Of a DNA stretch of 32,000 nt, positions 1-9,686 are shown in pieces. Under the pieces are notes generated by a model, which saw only the letters and a program-made list of their open reading frames with translations, had not been told where the DNA came from and did no database searches. The stretch spans positions 1,740,001 through 1,772,000 of the forward strand of contig NC_010628.1 in assembly GCF_000020025.1 (NCBI RefSeq). Direction: 5' to 3'. Positions within the stretch are counted from its first letter, which is position 1. Each line of letters starts with the position of its first letter. The position numbers were made by a program, and so were the translations under genes. The stretch comes from Nostoc punctiforme PCC 73102 (lineage in GTDB: Bacteria; Cyanobacteriota; Cyanobacteriia; Cyanobacteriales; Nostocaceae).

Positions 1-1
1 A

Positions 2-3000
2 GTTAACGCAATAGTATTAAGAACTAGTGCTGACTATGGTGAATATAGTGGCTCTAGAACTGGACAATCTAGCTTTGCAAACTATAAATCTTCGGTCTTT
101 AATGTTAACAACTGGACGGTCGATCAAATTGATGGTAATTATACCACAACTGCTCCAAATACCACAAATTTTACGATCGCCGCATCAACCCCCACTGTCA
201 CGATCGCAGCCCAAGATGCCAACGCCGCCGAAACTGGCACTGATCCTGGCACCTTCCGCATCTCTCGCACAGGCAGTACCACCGATGCCTTGACGGTAAA
301 TTACACCATTGCTACGGGTGCTGGACAAGCCACAAGCGCAGATTACACACCAACCCTAACAGGCACAGCAATCATCGCTGCCGGAGAATCCTTTGCTGAT
401 ATCACCATTACACCTGTAGATGATCAGACAGTTGAAGGAACTGAAACCGTTACTCTGACTCTCAATAGCAGCACCAACTATACTTTTGGTGCTACTGCTA
501 GTGCAACAGTAGCGATCGCTGACAACGATACGGCTGTAACTTCCATCGATCTCTCCACCTATGTCCGCATCGGACGTTACGATCTGCCCGAACCTACGCG
601 AACCAATCCCCCACTCAACAGCTTGTTGGCTCAAGAAGCCTCAGCAGTGACCTATAACAAGGATACCGACACGCTGTTCGTTGTCGGTGATGGCGGGAGA
701 GCGATCGTGCAAGTATCGAAGACGGGACAATTAATCGACTCAATGACGCTAGCTTCTGGCAGTAGTCCCCAAGGAACAGAATTTTACGATACAGAAGGGC
801 TTACCTATGTTGGTGACGGCAAGTTTGTCTTGATTGAGGAGCGAGATAGACAGGCTAATTTGTTTACCTATGCCCCGGGAACCACCCTTACTAGAAGCAA
901 CGTACAAACCGTAAAACTCGGTACGACGGTCGGAAATATTGGGATTGAAGGTATCTCCTATGACCCACAGACTGGTGGCTTCATCGCAGTTAAGGAGATT
1001 ACACCCGAAGGAATTTTTCAAACAAACATCGATTTTGCGGCGGGAACTGCAAGCAACGGTTCGCCCACCACAGTTAACTCTACCAACCTTTTCGATCCAG
1101 CATTGGCTGGGCTTGCGGACTTCGCGGATGTTTTCGCATTGTCGAATCTATCAGCCTTGAATGGGCAACCCAACTCCAGCCACCTGCTAATTTTGAGCCA
1201 AGAATCGGGCAAGATCGTCAACATCGATCGCACTGGGAATATCTCTAGCTCATTAACCATCGTCTCCGATGCAGGTAATCCTTTATCCGTTGTGGATCAG
1301 GGGAATGAAGGAATCACGGTAGACAAGAATGGATTGATTTATATCGCTAACGAGAATGGCGGAGGTGATATCGATCACCCTCAACTTTGGGTCTATGCAC
1401 CGTCCTCATTTACATATACCAATCAAGCCCCTGTAGCTGTCAGCCTTGCAAATACCGTCACCAGCTTGTCAGAAAGCACCAGTATTGCAACTCCCTTTAA
1501 AGTCGGTAACATTATTGTCAGTGATGACGCTCTGGGAACAAATACCCTTAGTTTGACTGGTGCAGATGCCAACTCTTTTGAGATTACAGGCAATGGTTTA
1601 TTCCTGAAAGCGGGAACTACCCTAGATTTTGAAACGAAAACCAGCTATAACGTCAGCGTCAATGTCAATGACACCACCGTTGGCAGTAACCCAGACGCAA
1701 CTACAGCATTTACCTTCTCAGTCACCGATGTAAATGAGAATCCCACCACCAGCGGTATCTTCATCACTGAAGTAGCTCCTTGGAGCAGTGGCAATTCGCC
1801 CGTCGCTGCTGACTGGTTTGAGCTTACCAACACTGGTACGAGCGCTGTGGATATCACGGGCTGGAAAATTGACGACAATTCAAATAGCTTTGCTACATCC
1901 GTTGCCTTGAGCGGTATCACCAGTATTGGCGCAGGTGAATCGGTAATCTTCATTGAAGGAGCTACCGTCAATCCTACTTTCCTATCCAACTGGTTCGGCG
2001 CAAACCCACCAGCCGGCTTGAAAATCGGCAACTACTCTGGTTCAGGCGTGGGCTTGAGTACGAGTGGTGATGCCGTGAATATCTATAATGCCACTGGTGC
2101 TTTACAGGCTAATGTCATCTTCGGAGCATCTCCAACTGCATCCCCATTTGCCACTTTCGACAATGCAGCTTTGTCAAACAATGCCACGATCGCAACACTG
2201 AGCGCTGTAGGAGTCAACGGCGCGTTCTCAGTTGTAAATACCTTAAATAATTTAAGCGTCGTGGAAATCGGCTCTCCAGGGACTATTGTTTCGTCTCTAC
2301 CCACGATCGCGATCGCAGCCACTGATGCCAACGCAGCCGAAGCATTACAAGACCCTGGCACATTCCGCATCTCTCGCACAGGGAGTACTACCAATGCCTT
2401 AACGGTAAATTACACCATTGCCGCAGGTGCTGGACAAGCCACAAGCGCAGATTATACACCAACCCTAACAGGCACAGCACTGATCGCTGCCGGACAATCC
2501 TTTGTAGATATCACCATTACCCCTGTAGATGATAGCCTGGTTGAAGGTACTGAAACCGTCACTCTGAATCTGAGTAGCAGCGCTAACTATACTTTAGGTA
2601 CTGCGACTGCAACAGTGGCGATCGCTGATAACGATGTCGCTCCTACTCTGATTCACGACATTCAAGGCAGTGGCTCAACAGCAGCTTTGACCGGAACCCA
2701 AACCATTGAAGGTATTGTTACCCGTGCATTCCTCGGTTCTACTAAACTTAACGGTTTCTACGTTCAAGAAGAAGATGCCGATGCTGATAACAATGCTGCA
2801 ACCTCAGAAGCAATCTTTGTTTTCGACCCATCAGGGAAATTTACTGGCAACGTCGGTGATAAAGTCCGTATCACTGGAACCGCTAAAGAATTCACTACTA
2901 CTAGTGGTGGAAACACCAGCAGTCTGACTGAACTGGATATCACTTCTGGAACTGTTAACAATCTAGGCGCAAGCACCTTACCCACAGTTACAAACGTCCA

Positions 3001-6000
3001 GTTACCCGTCACCAACGTTAGCGACTTAGAACGCTACGAAGGGATGTTAGTTAATCTCAGTGCTGGGAGTGGCAACCTCACTGTTACTGAGTATTTCCAA
3101 TTAGGTCGTTTTGGAGAAGTTCTCCTTTCAGCCACAGGCTCCAGCAACCAATCCGGTACAGATGCCAGACTTGACCAGTACACTCAATTTAATGCTCCTA
3201 GCGTCAGTGGAAACTCTGCTTATTTAGCTGACATTGCCAAGCGGAGAATTTACTTGGATGACGGTAGCGGTACTCAAAACCCTGACCCCATCCTCTTTGG
3301 TCGTGACGGCAATCCTCTGAGTGCGTCTAACACCCTGCGAGGTGGTGATACCGTTGCCAGCATTACTGGTATTTTAGACGATCGCTTTGAAGGCTATCGC
3401 ATCCAAACCACAACTGGAGTTAACTTTACCCCCACTAATCCCCGTCCCGTAACCCCTCCAAATGTCGGTGGTACCCTAAAGGTTGCCAGTTTCAACGTTC
3501 TCAACTTCTTTAACGGTAATGGCACAGGTGGCGGCTTCCCCACATCACGCGGGGCTGAGAACCTTATCGAGCTAAACCGTCAGCGCAACAAAATTATCCA
3601 AGCCATTGTCACATCAGGAGTAGATGTTGTCGGACTGGAGGAGCTAGAGAATGACGGTTATGGTTCTACTAGCGCCATTCAAGATTTAGTCAACGGATTG
3701 AATGCAGTTGCTGGTGCTGGGACTTACAGCTTTATCAATCCTGGAACCAGTTTGGCAACTGATGAAATCACAGTTGGGTTAATCTACAAATCTGGCAAAG
3801 TTACCCCAGTAGGTGCAGCAGCTACCCTAACCACCAGTGCAGCTTTTAACTTGGTAGGACGACAACCCCTCGCGCAGACCTTCGGACAAAATTCAAATGG
3901 CGAACAATTTACAGTAGTTGTCAATCACTTCAAATCCAAGGGTTCAAGTTCAGGGGGTGTTGGTGATGCTGATGCTGGGGACGGTCAAGGTTTCTCTAAT
4001 GGAACACGGACTCGTCAAGCTCAAGATTTGGCAGCATGGCTGGCGACAAAACCTACCGGAACTAATGATACTGACTACCTAGTTGTCGGCGATCTCAACT
4101 CTTATGCGAAGGAAGATCCTCTGACAACCCTCGCAGGTGCAGGGTACAATAACCTACTGCCTGACACTTCTTACTCTTATGTCTTTGACGGACAGGTGGG
4201 TTCCCTCGATCATGCCCTAGCCACTAGCAGTTTAGCTGCACAGGTAAGTGGTGCAGAAAAATGGCACATCAATGCTGATGAACCGAGTGTGCTGGATTAT
4301 AACACTAACTTCAAATCAGCAGGTCAAATCAGCAGTTTATATAATGCTGACCAATTCCGTGCCTCTGACCACGACCCTGTACTGGTAGGGCTAAATCTTG
4401 TTAGCACCAACAATGCTCCCACCAATTTGACTTTAAGTCCTAGCAGCACGAATGAAAATGTGGCCGCTAATACTGTAATTGGTACATTTAGTACTATTGA
4501 CCCAGACACAGGTAACACTTTCACTTACAGCTTAGTTGCTGGGACTGGTGATACTGATAATACCGCCTTTGCGATCGCAGACAACACTTTAAAAATCAAA
4601 GCTTCTCCGAACTTTGAAACCAAATCCTCCTACAGCATTCGGGTACGCAGCACCGATAATGGTGGACTTTCCTTTGACAAGGTGTTGACCATCCAAATTA
4701 ACGATGTCAACGAAGCACCTACAGCCGTAGTTGATACAATCAACGTTGCCGAAGACGCAACTACACTTAATCTCCGTAGTATCTTACTAAGTAACGATAC
4801 TGACCCTGATGCCGGAGACACTAAAAACATCATTGCTGTTAACACGACAGGCACAAAAGGTACAGTCACCTTTAACCCAACCACACAAAACCTGACTTAC
4901 GCAGCCTCAAGTTTTAACTCTCTAGCCCAAGGGCAGACTGCAACTGATAGTTTTAGCTATGCGATCGCTGACAGTAAAGGTTTACAATCTACTGCGATCG
5001 TTAACGTCAGCGTCACTGGTGTCAACGATGCTCCGACGGTAGTGCAACCCCTTGAAGACAGAATCATCTCGACAAGCAAGCTTTTTTCTTTCAACGTCGG
5101 TGACAAATTTACCGACATCGATCGAGGCGACACCCTTACCTACACTGCTACGGGCTTACCCACTGGATCTGATATCGCTAACACAGGTCTGATATTCGGC
5201 AATATCTCCCAAGCTGGCATTTTTGCCGTCACTGTTACCGCTGCTGATGGCAAAGGTGGTAGTGTTAGCGATACCTTTGACCTGACTGTTGCCAATAACA
5301 AGGCGACATCTAGCAACGACATTATCTTTATCGACCAACTTGTTGGTGTGAGCGTACTCAATGCTCTAGGTGGCAACGATCGCGTTATCGGCACTGATGC
5401 CAATGAGACACTCAGTGGTGGAGCAGGCAATGATTACATTGATGCCAAGGGCGGTAATGACTCTCTCTTGGGGAACGATGGTATTGACACACTTTTAGGT
5501 GGGGCAGGTAATGACATTCTTGAAGGTGGAGCAGCCGATGACATTCTTTTAGGTGAACTTGACAATGACACACTTCTTGGTGGAGGAGGCAATGATAGCC
5601 TCAATGGTGGAGCAGGCAATGACAACCTCAATGGTGGAGCAGATAATGACACCCTTCTAGGTGGACTTGGCAATGACATCCTTGTTGGAGGTGGTGGCAA
5701 TGACCACCTGATTGGTTGGGGAGGTGGTACAAACGAAATTGACCAACTCAACGGCGCTCAAAGTGCAGATACTTACATTTTGGGTGATGCTAGTTCAGTT
5801 TTCTATGCCAAATCTGGCAATGGTGACTACGCCGATATTGTTAGCTTCAAAGCAAGCGATCGGATTCAGCTTAAAGGATCTGCTGACAATTACTTCTTGG
5901 GGTCAGCATCAGTATCTGGATTTAGTAGTTCATCTGTGGGTATTTTCGCCAATAATGGGACGCAATTAGAATTAATTGCGGTTGTGGAAAGCGGATTAAA

Positions 6001-6040
6001 CCGCAATTTGTCAACAGATACTCGTTTCGTGTTTGTTTAA
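2..6040 (+). CDS. Giant secreted multidomain protein, 5'-partial. Domain order: Calx-beta, SdiA-regulated-like propeller, cadherin-like, lamin-tail domain, Calx-beta, ExeM/NucH-type extracellular endonuclease (EEP fold), three cadherin/Ig-like domains, 13 RTX nonapeptides
   Basis: The frame of the 290..6040 ORF stays open back to nt 2 ([15 protein letters not shown]...[20 protein letters not shown]). The TTG 'start' at 290 is therefore an ORF-caller artefact and the gene begins left of the window. Motifs read from the translation: TFRISRTG...VEGTETV (Calx-beta, twice), IFITEV..DWFELTN (LTD), IHDIQGSG...GFYVQ then [11 protein letters not shown]...SDHDPV (ExeM/NucH plus EEP), DVNE(N/A)P cadherin ends, and GGxGNDxL repeats. 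Confidence 0.9.
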   Translation, partial: VNAIVLRTSADYGEYSGSRTGQSSFANYKSSVFNVNNWTVDQIDGNYTTTAPNTTNFTIAASTPTVTIAAQDANAAETGTDPGTFRISRTGSTTDALTVNYTIATGAGQATSADYTPTLTGTAIIAAGESFADITITPVDDQTVEGTETVTLTLNSSTNYTFGATASATVAIADNDTAVTSIDLSTYVRIGRYDLPEPTRTNPPLNSLLAQEASAVTYNKDTDTLFVVGDGGRAIVQVSKTGQLIDSMTLASGSSPQGTEFYDTEGLTYVGDGKFVLIEERDRQANLFTYAPGTTLTRSNVQTVKLGTTVGNIGIEGISYDPQTGGFIAVKEITPEGIFQTNIDFAAGTASNGSPTTVNSTNLFDPALAGLADFADVFALSNLSALNGQPNSSHLLILSQESGKIVNIDRTGNISSSLTIVSDAGNPLSVVDQGNEGITVDKNGLIYIANENGGGDIDHPQLWVYAPSSFTYTNQAPVAVSLANTVTSLSESTSIATPFKVGNIIVSDDALGTNTLSLTGADANSFEITGNGLFLKAGTTLDFETKTSYNVSVNVNDTTVGSNPDATTAFTFSVTDVNENPTTSGIFITEVAPWSSGNSPVAADWFELTNTGTSAVDITGWKIDDNSNSFATSVALSGITSIGAGESVIFIEGATVNPTFLSNWFGANPPAGLKIGNYSGSGVGLSTSGDAVNIYNATGALQANVIFGASPTASPFATFDNAALSNNATIATLSAVGVNGAFSVVNTLNNLSVVEIGSPGTIVSSLPTIAIAATDANAAEALQDPGTFRISRTGSTTNALTVNYTIAAGAGQATSADYTPTLTGTALIAAGQSFVDITITPVDDSLVEGTETVTLNLSSSANYTLGTATATVAIADNDVAPTLIHDIQGSGSTAALTGTQTIEGIVTRAFLGSTKLNGFYVQEEDADADNNAATSEAIFVFDPSGKFTGNVGDKVRITGTAKEFTTTSGGNTSSLTELDITSGTVNNLGASTLPTVTNVQLPVTNVSDLERYEGMLVNLSAGSGNLTVTEYFQLGRFGEVLLSATGSSNQSGTDARLDQYTQFNAPSVSGNSAYLADIAKRRIYLDDGSGTQNPDPILFGRDGNPLSASNTLRGGDTVASITGILDDRFEGYRIQTTTGVNFTPTNPRPVTPPNVGGTLKVASFNVLNFFNGNGTGGGFPTSRGAENLIELNRQRNKIIQAIVTSGVDVVGLEELENDGYGSTSAIQDLVNGLNAVAGAGTYSFINPGTSLATDEITVGLIYKSGKVTPVGAAATLTTSAAFNLVGRQPLAQTFGQNSNGEQFTVVVNHFKSKGSSSGGVGDADAGDGQGFSNGTRTRQAQDLAAWLATKPTGTNDTDYLVVGDLNSYAKEDPLTTLAGAGYNNLLPDTSYSYVFDGQVGSLDHALATSSLAAQVSGAEKWHINADEPSVLDYNTNFKSAGQISSLYNADQFRASDHDPVLVGLNLVSTNNAPTNLTLSPSSTNENVAANTVIGTFSTIDPDTGNTFTYSLVAGTGDTDNTAFAIADNTLKIKASPNFETKSSYSIRVRSTDNGGLSFDKVLTIQINDVNEAPTAVVDTINVAEDATTLNLRSILLSNDTDPDAGDTKNIIAVNTTGTKGTVTFNPTTQNLTYAASSFNSLAQGQTATDSFSYAIADSKGLQSTAIVNVSVTGVNDAPTVVQPLEDRIISTSKLFSFNVGDKFTDIDRGDTLTYTATGLPTGSDIANTGLIFGNISQAGIFAVTVTAADGKGGSVSDTFDLTVANNKATSSNDIIFIDQLVGVSVLNALGGNDRVIGTDANETLSGGAGNDYIDAKGGNDSLLGNDGIDTLLGGAGNDILEGGAADDILLGELDNDTLLGGGGNDSLNGGAGNDNLNGGADNDTLLGGLGNDILVGGGGNDHLIGWGGGTNEIDQLNGAQSADTYILGDASSVFYAKSGNGDYADIVSFKASDRIQLKGSADNYFLGSASVSGFSSSSVGIFANNGTQLELIAVVESGLNRNLSTDTRFVFV
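191..529 (+). repeat. Calx-beta unit, copy 1 of an intragenic duplication
   Basis: [65 protein letters not shown]...VAIADND. It aligns with 2300..2635 at about 83% aa identity by my hand count (19 differences in 113 positions). Long identical nucleotide runs include ggtgctggacaagccacaagcgcagatta. Confidence 0.85.
545..1405 (+). other. SdiA-regulated / phytase-like beta-propeller domain (aa ~86-372 of the 290-based numbering)
   Basis: [21 protein letters not shown]...[26 protein letters not shown]...[18 protein letters not shown]...[19 protein letters not shown]. The periodic EGI(T/S)Y blades resemble the YjiK/SdiA-regulated family. This is recognition by eye only. Confidence 0.55.
1748..2119 (+). 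other. Lamin-tail (LTD) domain
   Basis: [42 protein letters not shown]...GESVIFIEG...SGDAVNIYN matches the typical LTD signature found at the N-terminus of ExeM/NucH nucleases. Confidence 0.7.
2300..2635 (+). repeat. Calx-beta unit, copy 2 of the intragenic duplication
   Basis: [65 protein letters not shown]...VAIADND. This is the same unit as 191..529, one codon shorter. Confidence 0.85.
2645..4399 (+). other. ExeM/NucH-type extracellular nuclease module (N-terminal OB-like region plus endonuclease/exonuclease/phosphatase domain)
   Basis: [24 protein letters not shown]...NGFYVQEED...[13 protein letters not shown], followed by [13 protein letters not shown]...[10 protein letters not shown]...[10 protein letters not shown]...[10 protein letters not shown]...GSLDHAL...[12 protein letters not shown]. 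These are the canonical EEP motif blocks. Confidence 0.8.
5369..5719 (+). repeat. 13 tandem RTX (hemolysin-type Ca2+-binding) nonapeptides
   Basis: [117 protein letters not shown]. This implies type I secretion. Confidence 0.9.
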
Positions 6041-6063
6041 GTCTACTTTTTCTAAGATAAAAA

Positions 6064-6092
6064 GGTGCGTTAGGCAAAGCACATAACGCACC
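6064..6092 (+). other. Perfect 9-bp stem hairpin just after the giant gene stop codon
   Basis: ggtgcgtta (6064-6072) and taacgcacc (6084-6092) flank an 11-nt loop. No T-tract follows. Confidence 0.5.
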
Positions 6093-6114
6093 CGATAGCG
6101 CAATACTAAAGTTT

Positions 6115-6155
6115 AAACCTGTCCTTCTCCAAGTCAGAGAGGGACAGGTTTTTTG
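6115..6155 (+). terminator. Rho-independent terminator of the giant gene
   Basis: aaacctgtcc (6115-6124) pairs perfectly with ggacaggttt (6142-6151). The stem runs into a TTTTTT tract at 6149-6154. Confidence 0.8.
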
Positions 6156-6231
6156 TATTAATAGAGTTCCCTGATGTAACCAAAAAAAACCAATTAGGGA
6201 CTTGCGTGAAAATAAAGTACCAGTAAACCGA

Positions 6232-6307
6232 GTTTCGACTGCGCTCAACTCTCGATGGCTGAGGGTTGAGCGCAGCGATGCACTGAGCGCAGTCGAAGTG
6301 TCGAAAC
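6232..6307. repeat. Nested palindromic intergenic element (small dispersed-repeat or MITE-like)
   Basis: gtttcga (6232-6238) pairs with tcgaaac (6301-6307). cgactgcgctca (6236-6247) pairs with tgagcgcagtcg (6285-6296). An internal gcgctcaac / gttgagcgc pair gives an alternative fold. Confidence 0.6.
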
Positions 6308-6486
6308 CTGTCTGGTTGGGATACTATTAACCCGCAGATCCCTTAGCGATCGCTACTACAACACGGCGTAAAGCCACCCAATGCAAGTTAAATGTGCAAT
6401 AGCTTTTAACAAATATTGAATGACAGATATTGATTTTTGTCATTTTTTGATTATCATAGCTTTATCACCACAGTGGAGAAGTTGCT

Positions 6487-7485
6487 ATGTTGTCACGTCA
6501 ACTTGGAAAAAACGGTTCAACAATATCGGCGCTTGGGCTTGGCTGTATGGGTATGTCTGATTATTATGGCCCAGCCGATCGCAAGGAAAGTATTGCAACG
6601 ATTCATGCAGCCCTTGATGCAGGCATTAACTTACTGGATACAGGCGACTTTTATGGTATGGGGCACAATGAACTGCTACTACACGAAGCCCTAGCAGGAC
6701 GGCGGCGGGAAGATGTCTTCATTGCGGTTAAATTCGGGGCGCTGCGGTCTCCTGATGGCAACTTTATTGGCTTCGATGGTCGTCCTGAAGCCGTGAAGAC
6801 TTCACTTGCCTATACATTGAAACGACTAGGAACCGATTACATTGACCTCTACCAGCCAGCCCGACTCGACCCGAAAGTGCCCATTGAAGAGACTATTGGG
6901 GCGATTAGCGAAATGGTGAAAGCTGGATATGTTCGCCAAATTGGTTTATCTGAAGTGGGTGCAAATGTAATTCGGCGGGCTCATGGCATTCATCCGATCT
7001 CTTGGCTTCAGATCGAATATTCACTCCTGAGCCGTAGTATTGAAGATGACATCCTCCCAACTGTGCGTGAATTGGACATTGCTGTCACCGCTTATGGAGT
7101 TCTCTCACGGGGATTGTTGAGCGGTCACTGGTCGAAAGAACGCTCTGAGCAAGCGCAAGACTTTCGAGGACATCTACCACGCTTCTCTGGAGAGAATCTA
7201 GATCGCAATTTGTTGCTAGTCGAAGCCCTTCGCCTGATTGCCCAAGAACGGAGTGCGACGGTGGCTCAAGTGGCAATTGCTTGGGTGCTGTCGCGAGGGA
7301 ACGACATTGTGCCGCTAATTGGCGCACGGCGTTGCGATCGCTTGAATGAAGCGCTGGGTGCGTTGGAGCTACACTTAAGCAAGGACGATCTTGCCCGGAT
7401 TGAGGCAGCAGTGCCACTAAATGCCGTAGCTGGCGATCGCTACGATCCAGGACAAATGGCAATGCTGGATAGTGAAAAGAGGTAA
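6487..7485 (+). CDS. Aldo/keto reductase family oxidoreductase
   Basis: 332 aa. [32 protein letters not shown] and the C-terminal LIGARR block are typical of AKRs. GGAG lies 7-12 nt upstream of the ATG. Confidence 0.9.
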   Translation: MLSRQLGKNGSTISALGLGCMGMSDYYGPADRKESIATIHAALDAGINLLDTGDFYGMGHNELLLHEALAGRRREDVFIAVKFGALRSPDGNFIGFDGRPEAVKTSLAYTLKRLGTDYIDLYQPARLDPKVPIEETIGAISEMVKAGYVRQIGLSEVGANVIRRAHGIHPISWLQIEYSLLSRSIEDDILPTVRELDIAVTAYGVLSRGLLSGHWSKERSEQAQDFRGHLPRFSGENLDRNLLLVEALRLIAQERSATVAQVAIAWVLSRGNDIVPLIGARRCDRLNEALGALELHLSKDDLARIEAAVPLNAVAGDRYDPGQMAMLDSEKR

Positions 7486-7497
7486 AAAAGTTATAGC

Positions 7498-8085
7498 ATG
7501 AATGATTCACCTTTGACACCAGAGCGGATTCTCGACGCAGCAGAAGAAGTTTTGTGTCGTTACGGTCTGGCAAAGGCAACAGTGGTCGATGTGGCTCGCT
7601 TTTTAGAGGTGAGCCACGGCACAATTTATCGGCATTTTCCCAGCAAAGCTGCCCTGCGTGATGCAGTCGCAGAACGGTGGCTACATCGGGTTTCTATACC
7701 ACTAGCAGCGATCGCCGAAGAACAGGGTTCCGCCGTTGAACAGTTGCATAGATGGTTTGAGCAACTCATGATTATGAAACGTCAAAAAGTCTTGGATGAG
7801 CCAGAGTTGTTTGCAACCTATTCTGCGATCGCTCAAGAGGCACGAGGGGTAGTTCAAGCTCACATTGTTGAACTGGTAAACCAAGTTGCTGCGATCGTCG
7901 AGAGCGGTATTTCCAGTAACGAGTTTAGAGTAACCGATCCGCAAGCAGCAGCCAAGGCAGTCTTTCAAGCGACAGTCCGGTTTCACCATCCAGCACACGC
8001 ATCTGAATGGAGCGATCCAGATATCGATAGGGACTTTGCCCAAGTATGGCGCTTGTTACTTGCTGGTCTTGTGGTGGTTCAGTAG
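7498..8085 (+). CDS. TetR/AcrR family transcriptional regulator
   Basis: 195 aa. The N-terminal HTH reads ILDAAEEVLCRYGLAKATVVDVARFLEVSHGTIYRHFPSKAAL. It starts 12 nt after the AKR stop, so the two are probably one operon. Confidence 0.9.
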   Translation: MNDSPLTPERILDAAEEVLCRYGLAKATVVDVARFLEVSHGTIYRHFPSKAALRDAVAERWLHRVSIPLAAIAEEQGSAVEQLHRWFEQLMIMKRQKVLDEPELFATYSAIAQEARGVVQAHIVELVNQVAAIVESGISSNEFRVTDPQAAAKAVFQATVRFHHPAHASEWSDPDIDRDFAQVWRLLLAGLVVVQ

Positions 8086-8147
8086 TTCTGAGTACTCAGT
8101 AAGAATCAGATGAAAGACATCTAAATTAGACATCTGGTGAAAAAGAA

Positions 8148-8178
8148 TGTAGAGACATTGCAATGCAACATCTCTACA
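8148..8178. terminator. Hairpin between the convergent TetR and MlaD-like genes (possible bidirectional terminator or dispersed hairpin repeat)
   Basis: tgtagaga (8148-8155) and tctctaca (8171-8178) flank a 15-nt loop. No clear T-tract. A separate 12-nt perfect palindrome ctgagtactcag lies at 8088-8099. Confidence 0.35.
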
Positions 8179-8223
8179 AGAGTTTCAAGTCAAGCATCAT
8201 TAATTTCTGGAGATGTCTATTGC

Positions 8224-9663
8224 CTATTTTTCCGTCTCCAGTTGCTCTCGTTGCTTACCATACTCCCGCAGCTGTTTTAACAAGACTTCTTGGGATGAGT
8301 TAGGGATAGACGGACTAGGGGTTGGTTGAAGGTTGATGTCACTACTTTCAAAATTAGCAGGTGAAGGATTAACTTCATAGATGGGTAGCGACTTATCATT
8401 AGACATTGCTTGTTGGGTTGGTACTGGGGTAGGAATTAGATTATTTGGTTTGTTCACAGCAGCTTTTACCGAATCTAGAGTAGTAGCAACTTGTACTTGT
8501 TGCTGCATCTCTTGTGTAGAAGAGACTAAACCACTTAAACCATTCACCAATTGCCGCAAATTTTTTCGGAAATTAGGATCGCCTGTCAATTCATCCAAAT
8601 CAGATGTAATTTTTTGAGTATTTTCAAAGGTTACTCTTGCTGAATCTAAAGTTTGTTGCAGCAGCACCACATTCTTGGGATCGTTTAAGGTTTTAGAAGC
8701 ATCGCGTAAATTAGCTGAGGCTTGCGCTGCATTTGCTGAAAGAGCTTCTAAATTATTGAGTAATTCTCCTTGAGTCAATCGATTGACAGATGGTGATAGG
8801 CTACTGACTGTAACACGTAGTTGGTTGCTGGTTTCGGTGATATTATTTAAAGCGCCAACCAGCGAAGAACGATTTGTTGTCAACAGGTTATCCAGGTTGT
8901 TGAGCAAACGATTTGCTTGAGTTGCAGTTGCACCGAATTTATTTACTGTTTGATTTGCAGATGCATTAAGTTGGTTTGTCGCTCGTTGCACTGAATTAGC
9001 AGTGGCTGAAAATGTATTTAATTGTTGTCGCAAGCTTTTAGTCAAACCTTGTAAATCCTGACTTAGTTCAGTAAAACTGGATGCTGCACCTGTGGTAGTT
9101 TCTAGAACCCTATTGACATTTCTATAAAATTTGGGGTCATTGTATGATGAAGCTAGATCGGTTGAACTGCGAATTAATTCATCAACACTGATGCCAATCT
9201 GACCTTTTAAGCGAGAGCCATTACAGACAATCAGACTGGAATCGCAACTTTTATCTAGGGGTCTAGCAATTACAACCCCAGCAGGTAAAGTTGTTTTTGG
9301 TGTAATGTCGATAACACTTTCGCTAATTAATCCACTTTGATTAGCTTCCACCACGACATCACGGGGGATAATTAAGTCAGTTTGGGCAATTTCAATTTCT
9401 ATATCAATCGCATTCGCTTTTGGTAGAACCTGAGAAATAGTTCCTACTTTAACACCTCGATAGCGAACTATTGCTCCCTTTTGCATTCCGCCAGCGTTAG
9501 CAAATTCCACAATCATTTTGTATGAACGGCCAGCAGCAGTAAATCTATTTAACCACAATAAGAGTAACCCGAATACTCCTAGTCCTAGCAGGAGCAACAA
9601 CCCCACAGAGCCTTCTCTAAATGTTCGCCCAGACGCGAAGCGGCTTGTCATAAGACCTCGCAT
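8224..9663 (-). CDS. MlaD/MCE-domain protein (TGD2-like) with a long helical C-terminal extension
   Basis: 479 aa. An N-terminal TM (VGLLLLLGLGVFGLLLLWL) is followed by an MCE fold (YKMIVEFANAGGMQKGAIVRYRGVKVGTI...DVVVEANQSGLISESVIDI). About 300 aa of N/Q/S/T/L-rich heptad-like sequence follows. Confidence 0.8.
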   Translation of the reverse strand: MRGLMTSRFASGRTFREGSVGLLLLLGLGVFGLLLLWLNRFTAAGRSYKMIVEFANAGGMQKGAIVRYRGVKVGTISQVLPKANAIDIEIEIAQTDLIIPRDVVVEANQSGLISESVIDITPKTTLPAGVVIARPLDKSCDSSLIVCNGSRLKGQIGISVDELIRSSTDLASSYNDPKFYRNVNRVLETTTGAASSFTELSQDLQGLTKSLRQQLNTFSATANSVQRATNQLNASANQTVNKFGATATQANRLLNNLDNLLTTNRSSLVGALNNITETSNQLRVTVSSLSPSVNRLTQGELLNNLEALSANAAQASANLRDASKTLNDPKNVVLLQQTLDSARVTFENTQKITSDLDELTGDPNFRKNLRQLVNGLSGLVSSTQEMQQQVQVATTLDSVKAAVNKPNNLIPTPVPTQQAMSNDKSLPIYEVNPSPANFESSDINLQPTPSPSIPNSSQEVLLKQLREYGKQREQLETEK

Positions 9664-9686
9664 ATTTTTCCTCTACCCAATAATTA

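Noticed and set aside
27-293. 88-aa plus-strand ORF at the left edge, and the TTG 'start' of the giant gene at 290
   Set aside because: The giant gene's frame is open from nt 2 and already encodes a Calx-beta unit there. The 27..293 ORF is an out-of-frame overlap with Pro/Leu-rich nonsense composition.
356-5430. Numerous 60-128-aa antisense or out-of-frame ORFs inside the giant gene (e.g. 356..634, 1645..2031, 2083..2394, 4630..4884, 5140..5430)
   Set aside because: All lie fully within a strongly supported 5.7-kb coding frame and have low-complexity composition. They are typical long-ORF shadows.
5434-5751. 105-aa minus-strand ORF rich in PPP/SLP repeats
   Set aside because: It is the antisense shadow of the RTX GGxGNDxL repeats. 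The repetitiveness comes from the sense-strand repeat, so it is not a gene.
7085-7624. 179-aa minus-strand ORF spanning the AKR/TetR junction
   Set aside because: It overlaps two well-supported plus-strand genes and has no recognisable motifs. A higher-GC region generates long antisense ORFs by chance.
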